DNA of 62,798 nt, filler included. It is 7 parts of 7 records of this genome, joined end to end, with 100 filler letters (N's around TTAATTAATTAA, not from the genome) between each part and the next. Parts side by side here need not be neighbours in the genome. Positions count along the whole stretch, not along the records: positions 18,230 to 37,199 come from SRR2962707_461; positions 37,300 to 43,908 come from SRR2962707_463; positions 44,009 to 49,341 come from SRR2962707_465; 4 more parts are not named here. One strand, given 5' to 3'. Below are positions 32,867 through 44,525 of the stretch, in pieces. Position 1 is the stretch's first letter; each line of letters opens with the position of its first letter. The position numbers and the translations under genes are program-made. The notes under the pieces are model-generated. The model ran no database searches and was not told the origin of the DNA. It saw only the letters and a list, made by a program, of their open reading frames with translations.

Positions 32867-33727
32867 TTAGATATCACCCAACTGATCGGGCAGTTGGCGG
32901 AGCATCCTGACTGGAGGATGTCCGAAGCGGCGTGAGAACGCGCGCGAGAACGCGCTTTGATCGGTAAACCCGACCTGTGATGCCACTACCCCGATTGAGG
33001 TGTGATCATCAGAACCAAGCAATAATTGGCGTGCGGCAAGCAAGCGTTGCTCGGTAAGCCAGCGCATCGGCGTTGTGCCAAGATATCGCTGAAAACTGAC
33101 AAAGAAGCTGCTTTCCGACTGAACCGCAACAGCAGCCATATCCCCAACAGTAATCGGGTCGGCCATTCTCACGTTGGCCCAATCGAGAACGCGTTGCAAA
33201 CGGGATGGCAAAACACCGGGCAACTCCCAATCATCAGCAGACGTCGTCAAAGCCGCCGACGTTCCCGACAAAATGCGCCGTAAACCGTCGCAAACAATCC
33301 CGTCTTCACCTGTTAGGTCATCAATCATGGCCCCGCAGTCGCCAACCCGGCTCGGCAGTCTAATATGATTCCCGTCGTGTATGGTTTTTGACAGAACATG
33401 GAACAGGTCGGAAATCACCGCCTGTCGACCCGCCGCCATTTGAAGATAAGGTGATGCATTGGCGTTACGACGCCACAGCTTTTCAATACCGGTCCGCTGG
33501 GCAACGGCAATATCGACATCAAGTACAAGAAACCTGTTTAATCCCTCGGCTCGATAGGCATGCGTATCACCGGCGGGCACAAAGGCCATCTTTGTACCGC
33601 GCACCTGACCGCCACGACCTTCAATTTCCATTTCCAGAAGCCCAAGATCGGAAATGATAATCTGGTGAAAATCAGTGTGGTTGTGGCTTGCTGCCTCTGC
33701 CTGATACTGTCGAAGACTAAACTGCAT
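32867..33727 (-). CDS. AraC family transcriptional regulator
   Basis: Cupin HNH..HQ motif; C-terminal GFTDQSAFSRAFSRRFG. Confidence 0.93.
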   Translation of the reverse strand: MQFSLRQYQAEAASHNHTDFHQIIISDLGLLEMEIEGRGGQVRGTKMAFVPAGDTHAYRAEGLNRFLVLDVDIAVAQRTGIEKLWRRNANASPYLQMAAGRQAVISDLFHVLSKTIHDGNHIRLPSRVGDCGAMIDDLTGEDGIVCDGLRRILSGTSAALTTSADDWELPGVLPSRLQRVLDWANVRMADPITVGDMAAVAVQSESSFFVSFQRYLGTTPMRWLTEQRLLAARQLLLGSDDHTSIGVVASQVGFTDQSAFSRAFSRRFGHPPVRMLRQLPDQLGDI

Positions 33728-33874
33728 GATTTTCCTATCTGCCCCACATCATCATAGGTGCAGCAAGGCACCCTGCCAACCTGACTTTGACTGCATCTAA
33801 TCGAGATCAAATGAACCTGATTGCCGTTCTGCTCGTATGAATTGAAAACAACAGGAAAATCCGTGACCCAGGAT

Positions 33875-35452
33875 ATGAGCAACATCGCACAAAGCATTTT
33901 GCGCCCGACAACAGCGAGCACCGATCAATCCGCATCGGCACCCTTTGTCGCGCGCTATGTCGTTGCGATGATTGGTATGGCAATTATTGATGTGTGTTTT
34001 TCTGGGGCGTATGTCCTGATTTCCGGAAACACATCCCTGATCTGGCGCGCAGCCCTTGTCAATATCGCCATTCTGGTCGGGTTAAATGCGATTGGTGCAT
34101 GGTTTTTATTTCGCCCAATCAGCAAAATGATCGCCGGCTTGCACACCAACTCGTCCCAGCGCCTTAGCCCGGGATTGCGCAGGCTGCGGCAGCTTGCGCT
34201 TGCTTCTTCCATCTGGGCGTTTTGTGTTGGGTTGATCTATTCTGTTGCAGCATTTGGACTTGGCATCTTCAATACCTATCCGGAACTTTCCGCACAGGTG
34301 CCAACCATCCTGAAAATCTATGGCAGCCTTTGGTTCAGCTTTGCCTATGCTGCCCATTTTGCGATTTACGCCTTCTTTGCCGCTGCCGCATGCAGCGAAA
34401 CAATCAAGCACGATATCCATAAAAAATGGGGATTTAATTTCCGTCCCGGTCGCGCGCGGATCGGTCATCGGCTGGCAGTTGTTATCCTTGCCCTGACCTT
34501 GATTTCGTCAATGGCCATTCTTTTGGACCTGACGGTCTTTCGTGACATTCGCGCAACGCAGGGCCTAAGTGTCGAACAGGCCGTGATTTTGGACGTCATT
34601 GCGACCGAAACAGCCGCAGTTCTGTGTCTATATTTCATCAACCGTACCCTGACATCCCCCATCAGCCGCCTGACCGAGGCGGTTCGTGACATCGGCCAGG
34701 GCAAGATAGACACCCGCATTGCCGTCACCAGCGACGACGAAGCCGGAAAACTGGCCTTTGAATTTAACCGCATGGCCGAAGGCCTATCGGAAAAAGATCG
34801 CATGCGCCGTGCCTTTGAACGCTATGTCAGTCAGGATGTTGTCAATCTGGCAATGGAACGTGAACGCAACGATGACCCACGCGCATCGGGCGAGTTGCGC
34901 TATGCAACAGTAATGTTCACCGACATCAGCGGCTTTACCCGCATGGCAGAACAACTTGAACCGGCAGAAGTTATCTCGTTACTCAATGAATATTTTGATC
35001 TGGTGAATGCACCGATCCGCGATCATGGCGGGGCCGTTTTAAATTATGTCGGTGATGCGCTGCATGCTGCCTTCAATGTGGTCCATGATGATCCTGATCA
35101 CGCGGCAAATGCGGTGCGAGCGGCCATTGCCATGCAAAACCTTGGCCGTAAACATCTGTTTGCCGGCCATCAAAAAATCGAAACCAGAATTGGCATTCAT
35201 ACCGGCCCTGTGGTTGCCGGACCGGTCGGATCACGTGACCGGGTCGATTTTACCATTCAGGGGGATGCTGCCAATCTGGCATCGCGGCTTGAGAATATGA
35301 ACAAGGAAACTGGCACTGAAATCCTGATCAGTGAAACAACACGTGCGCTATGTTATGAGCTTGAAGACGCCGGTGTCGACTTTCGTGCACTTGGCACTTT
35401 TGACATCCGTGGTCGCCAACAAACCATCGATTTGTTTACCATCGATATTTGA
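33875..35452 (+). CDS. Membrane HAMP-domain class III adenylate/guanylate cyclase (start could be GTG 33863)
   Basis: Six TM-like segments, HAMP (DEAGKLA..FN.M), and FTDISGFT, GDA, RIGIHTG and NLASRLE motifs. Confidence 0.92.
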   Translation: MSNIAQSILRPTTASTDQSASAPFVARYVVAMIGMAIIDVCFSGAYVLISGNTSLIWRAALVNIAILVGLNAIGAWFLFRPISKMIAGLHTNSSQRLSPGLRRLRQLALASSIWAFCVGLIYSVAAFGLGIFNTYPELSAQVPTILKIYGSLWFSFAYAAHFAIYAFFAAAACSETIKHDIHKKWGFNFRPGRARIGHRLAVVILALTLISSMAILLDLTVFRDIRATQGLSVEQAVILDVIATETAAVLCLYFINRTLTSPISRLTEAVRDIGQGKIDTRIAVTSDDEAGKLAFEFNRMAEGLSEKDRMRRAFERYVSQDVVNLAMERERNDDPRASGELRYATVMFTDISGFTRMAEQLEPAEVISLLNEYFDLVNAPIRDHGGAVLNYVGDALHAAFNVVHDDPDHAANAVRAAIAMQNLGRKHLFAGHQKIETRIGIHTGPVVAGPVGSRDRVDFTIQGDAANLASRLENMNKETGTEILISETTRALCYELEDAGVDFRALGTFDIRGRQQTIDLFTIDI

Positions 35453-35617
35453 CCTGATGCGTCCCCTGATTTATCCCTTTAGAATTGAATTTTTTAATCT
35501 GGGCTCCCGTGCTTTGGCGCGACAAGGCCCAAATGGAACTATTATAAGCCATTCAAATTGCCACCTAATCTCTTTTCGTTCAGTATGTTGGGCAAAGATG
35601 ATACCGGGGAGGAACAA

Positions 35618-36688
35618 GTGACGTACTGCAATAAATGTGATTCCATTCCGGAAATCGCCCCGCAAGAAGGTCAGCTGTTTTTATGGCCACCGGTGTCACA
35701 CATAACGGGCAAAATTCTTGCCTCGGCCAAATCTATTGACGTTCCCGTTGAGAAGACGACGTCCGTTGCAACATTGACCATTAACTATTCCCGCCCGGGT
35801 TTGCGTGACCTGATTGATGCGATTTCAAAAGATCTTCTGCCCGAAGAAATGGCCGCAACCAAAGCATTGATCATGCCACCCAAACGGTCCCCGGAAATCG
35901 ATGATATTTCCCGGATCACAAGCCTGAATGCAATCAGGGCTGCGATTGGCGCAGAATGGCTGGGGGATGTTTTACGCGAAAGCCGCCTGAATTCAGCATT
36001 TCAGCCGATCTTCCCGATCAGCGACTTCACCGCCCCCTATGGACATGAATGCCTACTGCGGGGTATTGCCGCAGACGGCAGCGAAATTACACCTGGGCAA
36101 CTGTTTGACGCCGCACAATCCGCGACACTTTTGTTCCAGCTTGACCGCGCCGCGCGCGCGGCAAACGTGCGCAATGCTCATAAGGCAGGCGTGACTGGCA
36201 ATCTGTTTATCAATTTCACGCCGAGTTCGATTTACGATCCCGATTTCTGCCTGCGATCCACCATCGAGGTGGTCGAAGAATGCCAAATTGACCGCAGCAG
36301 CATTGTCTTTGAAGTCATTGAAACCGAAAAAGTCCGCAGCACGTCGCATCTTGGCCACATCCTGCGATCATATCGGGACTCAGGTTTCAGGGTTGCACTT
36401 GATGATGTTGGGTCAGGATATTCGACGCTCAACATGTTGCCGGATCTGCGTCCGGACATCATTAAAATTGACCGCGAGCTGATCGACCATGTTGATCATG
36501 ACAACTACAAACAGGCCATTGTCAGCAAACTGATCGACCTTGCCAAACAGCTCGGCATCGAGGTTATTGCGGAAGGCATCGAACGGCAGGAAGAACTCGA
36601 CTTCCTGACAGAGCACAAGGTCGATTATGTGCAAGGCTTCCTGCTCGGACGTCCGGGAGCGAAACCATTCACGACAGGTCGCGCATAA
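35618..36688 (+). CDS. EAL-domain c-di-GMP phosphodiesterase
   Basis: FQPI, ECLLR, FINF, FEVIETE, ALDDVGSGYS and AEGIE motifs; GGAGG RBS before GTG. Confidence 0.92.
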   Translation: MTYCNKCDSIPEIAPQEGQLFLWPPVSHITGKILASAKSIDVPVEKTTSVATLTINYSRPGLRDLIDAISKDLLPEEMAATKALIMPPKRSPEIDDISRITSLNAIRAAIGAEWLGDVLRESRLNSAFQPIFPISDFTAPYGHECLLRGIAADGSEITPGQLFDAAQSATLLFQLDRAARAANVRNAHKAGVTGNLFINFTPSSIYDPDFCLRSTIEVVEECQIDRSSIVFEVIETEKVRSTSHLGHILRSYRDSGFRVALDDVGSGYSTLNMLPDLRPDIIKIDRELIDHVDHDNYKQAIVSKLIDLAKQLGIEVIAEGIERQEELDFLTEHKVDYVQGFLLGRPGAKPFTTGRA

Positions 36689-36694
36689 CCGTCC

Positions 36695-37199
36695 CTATGA
36701 CGCATCAAGCATTTCAGTGATTTCACGGCGCGTCATGCGCTTATAGCTGTCAACAATTTCGCGACCTTCTTCAACCGGAACAGAAATCGCCAATCTCATG
36801 GTGGCCTCCCCCATGCTCATGATCAAAAGACACCGGGCCGAAATGGACGGGTCGGCAGTCTGTTCATTGCGCAATCGCGCGATTGTCCGGGCAAGGAACG
36901 CACCATTTTCCCGGCTGACTTCAAGCTCCATATCACGCAGCGTCTTATCGGCCTGCGTACCCGTCCAGATGTCGCATATGACCGGTTCGGCAAGGAACAG
37001 TTCGAAATAGGTGTCGATCAGCTGATCAAAAGCCGCGATCAAGTTGTGCGACGTCGTGACCGCTGACAGGGCTTCTTCGATACAGTGGCGGGATTCATCG
37101 TTGTAGCGATCGGCCAGCGCATGAATGATCGCCGCCTTATCGGGAAAATATTGATACAGCGATCCGATGGAGACTCCCGCCTTTTCTGCGAGTTCTCCC
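36695..37199 (-). CDS. TetR/AcrR family regulator (5'-truncated by contig end)
   Basis: ELAEKAGVSIGSLYQYFPDK HTH in frame with ORF 36695-37042. Confidence 0.9.
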
Positions 37200-37299
37200 N
37201 NNNNNNNNNNNNNNNNNNNNNNNNNNNNNNNNNNNNNNNNNNNTTAATTAATTAANNNNNNNNNNNNNNNNNNNNNNNNNNNNNNNNNNNNNNNNNNNN

Positions 37300-38465
37300 A
37301 GCAGCAGCAGCAGCAGCAGCAGCAGCCTCGTCGGCCTTGTTCTTTCCCTTTTCTTGAGCACGGCGGTGGCCGGTTTCTGCACCCACAAGCATGCCAACCT
37401 GCACCTCAATGCCCAAGGTGTGTTGGAGATGGACCACGCGGCCCTGCAGCGCTGCCCAAAAATCAAATGGCCAATGAGCTCGAACTTGGGCGTGGATGGG
37501 GCTCGGGCCCTCGCGGCAGAGCTCAAGATCAATACGAAGACCAACTGGATCTGGCTCTACAACAACGGAGTCGAGCAGGAGGGTGCAGAAGCCATCGCCC
37601 TCGCGCTGAAAGACCACGACCACACGCTCCGGACCATCAGCCTGTACGGAAACGACATCCGGGCGCGGGGAGCGAGCGCGTTCGGGCAGATGCTCAGGAG
37701 CAACCACAAGATGCAGGAGCTGTTTCTAGGAGCCAATAGCATTGGAGACAGCGGGGTGAAAGCGTTAGCCGAAGGTCAGTTTCTTTGTTGTGCACCATTG
37801 TTCACGTCATTCTCGCCGCAGCGAATGTCGTAACTTCGAGCCGCTGACACTCTGCGATAGGCCTGAAGGTCAATCGTGGTCTGCGAACATTGGACCTCTC
37901 GTTCAACGACATCACAGAGACCGGAATAACTTACCTTGTGGACGCGTTGCGCGTGAACCGCAATCTCAAGTTCCTTGCCCTTGATTCGAACGAGTTTGGA
38001 GACGCCGGGGCGACGCTGATTGCAATGCTACTACGCTCGAACAACGTCATCGAGACACTCACGCTCTACAACAACCAGATAGGCCCGGAGGGTGCGCGGG
38101 CCCTAGCGTCTGCCCTTGAGGTTAACAACGGATTGAAGCAACTCGTCCTGTATCACAACCATATCGGAGACGAAGGTGCCCTGTTGTTGGCCAAGGTGCG
38201 CTGTTGATGGATTGTTGTGTTTCACGCACTCCTCGTCAAATCACAAGCAGAAGTGCTATTGGTGTCAACCCATGGTTATCTGCGTTTTTGGCAGGCAATT
38301 GCAAAAAACACGAAACTTGAAACTTTGTACTTGAATTCAAATGGAATTGGACGCACGGGTGCCGACGCTCTGTTCGCAGTGCAGCAGAGTGGTACCACTT
38401 TGAAGAAACTTGTTTTAGTGAACAATCCAGTAAGTATTGACCAAGGGCACACCGTTGACCTTTAA
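37300..38465 (+). CDS. Ribonuclease-inhibitor-type (NLRC3-like) LRR protein, 3 exons, 5' partial
   Basis: 28-aa repeats LxxLxLxxNxIGxxGAxxLA; introns 37775-37860 and 38196-38294. Confidence 0.88.
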
Positions 38466-38571
38466 TTTAGATGCCACCTGTGTGCTTTCTCGCTCCAAAA
38501 GTTGGAGCAGAATCTGATGCGCACAGTGTCAGCAGCGCAGGATGTCGCAGAACTGCAGAACTACCGTAATT

Positions 38572-41500
38572 TTATTGAGAAACAGCACTCCGAGCAGCCA
38601 CAAAGCGTATCATTTTTTGAATGGTGTCCTCCGCTGCAAACGGGCCCCTCGCACGGCCTCCTCCACGCTGCTGCACTAACTGCAGCGCTGCTTTTAGTGT
38701 TGGTGGAGCCGAACCGTTTGGACCCACTTGAGCTTGCAGACGTTGCACAAACTCTGCCGCAGTTCCAGAGTCGCTACTGCACATTACCACAATTTCTAGG
38801 CAAACGCTAACAGCCGCAATGCAGCTGCTTCCAGCTGGACCTCTTCCATCTTGGCACAGCAATCGGAAGAGAACGGGATCTTCGAGCGCCGCGATTAAAT
38901 TGGCGTGCGCCGGGACAGCCTCCTCGGGGTCAAATCGCAATGGAAGCAGTAACAGCCACAAGCGAGAAAGTGCAACTGCAGCTTCCCTTGTTGACCCGTC
39001 TTGCTTGATCCACGATGGAACTCGGTGCAGAATGAATTTTCCGAGTGCCGCTACCCCATTATCAAGCGCATCTCCCAAGGTGCCTTCTTCGTCGGCCTCA
39101 TAGTTTTCAACACTGTCTGCAGCGAGCTCTTCACGCCGCACAGCGGCTGCAAGGGAAGAAAGTGCTGACTGAAGCACACGAGCTGTGCTTAGCGCATTGT
39201 CATTTGGAAATTTTTCGTGGAGGTCTGCGACCAAGCCGACCCCATACAGTGCTGCCTGCAAAAACCCACGCTCACTTGGTCCAACGCCGAAATCTGTCCC
39301 CTTCATCGACTGCGAACGGGAGCACCAAAAGCCAAGGGCAGAGCCCAGAAAACCGCCGGCAGCCGACGCACAAGCTCCGTTTGCAAACTCCATCAAATCT
39401 GCCAGTAAACACGCGGTGCACCGCCACATTTCCCAACCAAAGGATTCTTCACCAATGCCAATGGAAGTTGCGGAAGGCGTCATGATACTGTGACTGCCAC
39501 CTGCACTGCATTCAAAAACAAAGCATTAGCATTCACAACCGACGTGGTTCTCACGCATTTGCAAGTCACAGCATCGCAGCCGGAGAGACAACACACCTTG
39601 AACGAACTCCTGGTTGTCGGCGCATCCAAGGCTGCAGTTGCGGAGATACTATACGGTCGACGACAGGGCGCGCGGCCGGGGCTCCTGCCATGTTTACAAC
39701 ATACCCCGCGGCGGTGCACAGAAAGCCGATGACCTCGACAAGTGCATTCAGCTTGTTCTGTACTTCTTGCCGGTAAATCTCAAGCTCAGCGTTGTCGTCT
39801 GAAAAATCTCCACTTGATGCACAATTAGCCACGCTGTCAGAAAGGGCGTCATGCTGCACAAGAGACTCTCGCAGATTTCGAGCAAGGAGCTCGACTATTT
39901 CATCAATGAACTTCGGATCCCATGTTGCCTGACAGGGCACCAGCTTGATAATCAGTTTACACAACGCTGGTACAAAGGCAACGCATTAACATACATGAAA
40001 AGTTGTACGCACCACCCCAGCCTTGTGACTGGCAACGCAGCATCCTCGGAATAGATCACCCACCGCCTCTGCAGCGAGTGCTTTTGCCTCTACGTCCTTT
40101 TCCACCTGCATGGCATGAGCTAACGGCGAATAAAAGTACCTGTGCCAAACAAGATTACATGTTCGGCAAGAAAAACAACAAAGTCACGATTGCACATGAG
40201 GACAGGTAGCCTGTGCTTTGCGAGGATTAAAGGTGCGCACCGAAGTACTGCCTCCAAGCTGCGTTGTCCTGCTTGGCTCTGCTTCTGCTGCACGTGCTGC
40301 ACTTGAATTTGAAGTAGCTTTGGCGTGATTGCGTAAGCTGCAACGCGAATGGTTGGCGAAAAGGCAAACTTCAGCAGTGGCAACATCAAACGCGCCACTG
40401 GTTCCACAAACGGTTGGAAAATTAGATCGTCAAGATCGCTGGCGAGTTGATACCTTCCGTACAGCAGGGCTAGTGGTGAATTGTGTTGCAATACTAGCAA
40501 TCGGCGAGACAGCACTCGAGCAGTGGCTTTGGGACAAAAGTAACAGCCCTCTGAAAGCAGCAGATTCTTTCGACGTACAAAAGGTTGCAAGCAAGGGCTT
40601 TCTCTTCGATGAGCACCGTATCAATGCCGTGCAGCGTTGGGCCCCCGCCGCCGCCATCGGCCACTTCTAAGAATTGCCGTCGCGACGAACTGCCCGTTCT
40701 ACTTGCCGCCAGCGCTTCCGCTTCTGCCTCTGCTGCTGATACAGGCACCTGTGCCCGGCAGAAGAGCAGAACATGAGATTCCGATTCAAACAATCTAAGA
40801 GCAGAAAGAAACGGAGGGGTAACAGGAAAATGGCGCACCGGATCTGCATTCAAAGCTGCCTTTTCTAAGAGCAATTTAACTAGTGGTAGTAAAAAGCGGG
40901 TAAAACTCGCTTGCAATGCACGAGCAACCCGGACACAGGTTTGAAGGGCTACCAGAAGAAGGCTTGCGGGGTCCACAGTGGCGGGTAACACGCCTTGAGA
41001 CCGAGCCGATTTCTTTATTGCGTCTTGAAGGACCTCCATGAGTTGAAACAAAAGTGGTACCATTGCTTTGGCGGCCGGCATGAACTGTTCCCGGCTGAGA
41101 GAGTCGGCCATCATCCCGATGCAATCAAGCATGGCAGAGCACATCCCGGCACCACTGCCACCCGTTTCAGAAGCAGTAAGCCCTGCAAGCGTGGAGCATT
41201 GGCGAAGAAACGCAACTACAACCGGTGCAGCAGCTGCCGCATACCTGCCAGCAACATTTTAACAACAGACCCACATTCAAGAAGGAAGATAAATGAGGTC
41301 GGCAGTGCAGCGACGAACACGAGTATTGCGACAAATGGCATGCAGTGCAAGTCTCGTCACAATCTGCGATTGCTTATCATGGCACCAAAAAAAATGAACA
41401 ATTTCACATGATACGTACGCTCCAAATCGTGGACCCAATTCCCGTGCGTACAGAGCCACTGCTGCAACAGCGGCAGCTTGAAGCATCCGACTCTTGGTGT

Positions 41501-43560
41501 CTCGTGCTGCTCGCCCGAGCAATGCCTCCACAATTACTTTGTCGAGGAGCTGCCGATGAGTTGTGAAAGCTGCGCGGGAAAGGTGAAAACTCGACACGGC
41601 TCGGCAGGCGCGCGCGCGAACACGTTGCGAGTGCTTTCCGCCATGGTTCACAATTACTTGTCCCAAAACAGGAAGCAGCATCCCACCAAAACGCAGCAGG
41701 ATGTCCATCTGCGAATCCGCACTCTTGCCACTCTGGCTCGAGTTACCTTTAGAAATTGCGGGGTCGCGGCCGCTTTCACCGCCCGGGTATCGAAATTGTT
41801 GAGCCACACGATACAAGAAATTGACAGCGGCATATTGCACAAAAAAATGGTCGTCGCGGGCAAAAACTGCGGCACAAGAGAGCAATCTGGGTAAATGAGA
41901 GGCAAACTCCGCTCTTCCACCATGCTCCGCGCCACAAAGCGCTGTGGAAGCTGCCATCACAGCCCATCGCCGCCGCCAGTCCATTTTAGCTTCCTGAAGG
42001 ATAGTTCCTATCGTGCTCAAAGCGCAGGGTAGCACTGCAGTGGCGCCAAACGCATTCGCAACACGGTCGAGAGCCGTGTAACCAACGGCTGCTATGTTGC
42101 TCAGCCCTTCCTCGCCCAACTCGCCACCTCGGTCCTCACCTCCCCAGTCAGAGTCATTTACATCTTCTACTGATGGAGCCGCTGTCGGCGAAGCGCCTGC
42201 AGTGTCAAGTACCGCGTCCCCAGTAACACCGCCCGCACAAACCATCTTCATAAATAGGCCAACCACGGGGCGAACGAGCTTCTCGCCACCAGGTGCTCGC
42301 AAGAGCTTCTGTCGATACCGCTGCGCAAGAGCAACGAATAGCTCCACAAATAAGCTGCGGAGCTCAGGCGTTACACCACGCGCGCGGTCAAGAGTGGCGA
42401 GTTGCAACACACTGCCGCAGAACTGCACCGCAGCAGCATCGACAGGGAATACAATCGGACGGTTTTCCACCAGCTCAATGAGATAGGATATACACTGCTG
42501 GAGGGAAAAAGCATTGCGCCGCACGATGGCATCACCGGCCGAGCTGCCGTCAGCGGCGGAAGTACCGCGGTTTCCAGCACTCAAGGCCCCACTCAATGTT
42601 GGAATTGTTACTTGTCGGAAGAATGCAGCGAATTTCTGCAAAGCGTTTGCGTCCTGGGCTGGGTGCATGCCAATGCACACACAGCACGCCGTCTTGATAG
42701 CGCCAATGCGCACACGTATGTCTGGATCCGTGGAAGCTCGCCGCAAAAGAAACGGGAACAGTGCTCCAAGAACTCGTTGACTTCTTGTGACACGACTATT
42801 CACTGTCACACACAGCTGCAACCACAGCTCCATGGCAGCAACTCGCCGACCGACCGAAGTGGTGTCATTTCCCATGGACACCAAACTCTGAAACAGCGAC
42901 GGCCACACAGTCGCGACGTCCGCGTCTTTGTGCTCAGGTAATTTGCAGAGCAGGTAAAGCATTGTGACGACCACATCAACGATCTACATTCGTTTAAAAT
43001 CAAATCCACACACATTTGCGGTCAAAAGATGGCGCGTGCGGGCGTGTGTGGGTGGCGATTGAGTAATCAACCAACTTGCTGTGTGACTTGTTCACAGCTT
43101 GGAAAACCTCAAAACAGCGCCAACACTGCCACTAAGAGAGGATATTGGGAAAAAGAAAGAAAGAAAAAAAGCAGCGATTGCTCACCTGCTTGGTGGTTTG
43201 AACGTCACCACAGTCGTACAAGTGCTTCAGCAGCGACTCCCACTTTCCACGCGCCTCGGCACTCGCCGAGAAAGTCGCACAGACTTTCGTTAAACCCGCA
43301 GAAGGAGCCGCAGCAGTAGCAGCAGCAGCAGCAGCAGGAGGAGGAGAACCAGCGGTCGTGGACATCACTCTCCGCAACAGAATGGATGCAAATCGCTTTT
43401 TTGCAGGGTCAGTGCCTGCAGCTTGGATGAGATCCAGGTGAGCGCCCACCAGCGCGAGGAGATTCGCCTCGCTCGCCTGTCGGTATCGCTCCTCTGCTGC
43501 TCGGCGGGCTGCGTTGTCGAGCGTTTGGAGTGCAGTGAGGAGACCATCGAGCCCGCTCAT
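38572..43560 (-). CDS. Importin-5 / karyopherin-beta3-like HEAT-repeat protein, multi-exon
   Basis: DNAARRAAEE..ASILLRR, ALDRVA..FG..VLP, WRRRWA, IDTVLIEEKALAC and DNGVAALGK...LPLRFDPEEA motifs. Confidence 0.78.
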
Positions 43561-43780
43561 CGTGCCTTTTTTTTGTTTTTGTTTTTATCGATCTCAAAGC
43601 AAACAGACGTCCAGCAAACGCGTCTGGGGCACAACAGCAGTGCAGCCGGCTCGCGCACTCGACGTGCCCGCGCCCGTCGCCCCACGGGGAAGGGAGACTG
43701 CTGAAGAAATGCGGAAAAGAACGAGCTGTGCTAATTGTTTGAAAACACACTCGAAAATGGCTCGCATCAGCATCAGGGTT

Positions 43781-43908
43781 GAGTGAGTGAATGATTCAGC
43801 TTTTGAGTGAGCGAGTGAGTGCGTTTCCGAGAGTGAGTCGCCGGGAGCGTCCAGCAGTGCTGTCGCACTCGAGATCCTCCACTCACCCACCCACTCACTC
43901 ACTCACTC
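43781..43908. repeat. (GAGT)n / (CACT)n simple repeats in opposite orientation upstream of the importin gene
   Basis: GAGT-rich 43781-43838 and CACT-rich 43880-43908. Confidence 0.8.
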
Positions 43909-44525
43909 NNNNNNNNNNNNNNNNNNNNNNNNNNNNNNNNNNNNNNNNNNNNTTAATTAATTAANNNNNNNNNNNNNNNNNNNNNNNNNNNNNNNNNNNN
44001 NNNNNNNNACGAAGTGCCATGACATTGCTCTTGTTGCTCATGGGATAACTCTGAGGCAGCAAGCGCGCGGCCTTCTCACGTGTGTGAGTCGGTTGCGCTC
44101 CATCTTGTTCGCCCTCGTTCCAAATCCCGATATTGATCTGAGTCCCCTGCGGAGGAGCGAGGTTGCTGAGTGGCGTTTTTCTTTTTTTAAAAAAAGCTCG
44201 CCGTGCTCTGCAACGAACTCTGCGGGACCACACTTGAGCGTCACTGCTTTATAAAAACAGACGTGAACGCAGATAGCCGCGATGTGTTCTTCTGTTGATG
44301 TCCGCATTCACGCACAGTCGCTTGCTTGCTCGCCGCGCTGCTGCTCGTTATACCCTATTCTGAAAAAAATTCTTTTGCTGTTGTCCCTGTTCTGCCTGCC
44401 TCTGACTCAGACTCATCCCAAAGGCGACTTGGCCATGACTCGCTAGAAGTCTGCTCGGTCCTGCAGACCAGCTGACGCACTTCTGTGGTCAAAGTGTTTG
44501 CTTCTCGAGGTGTTCGTCGCTAAGG

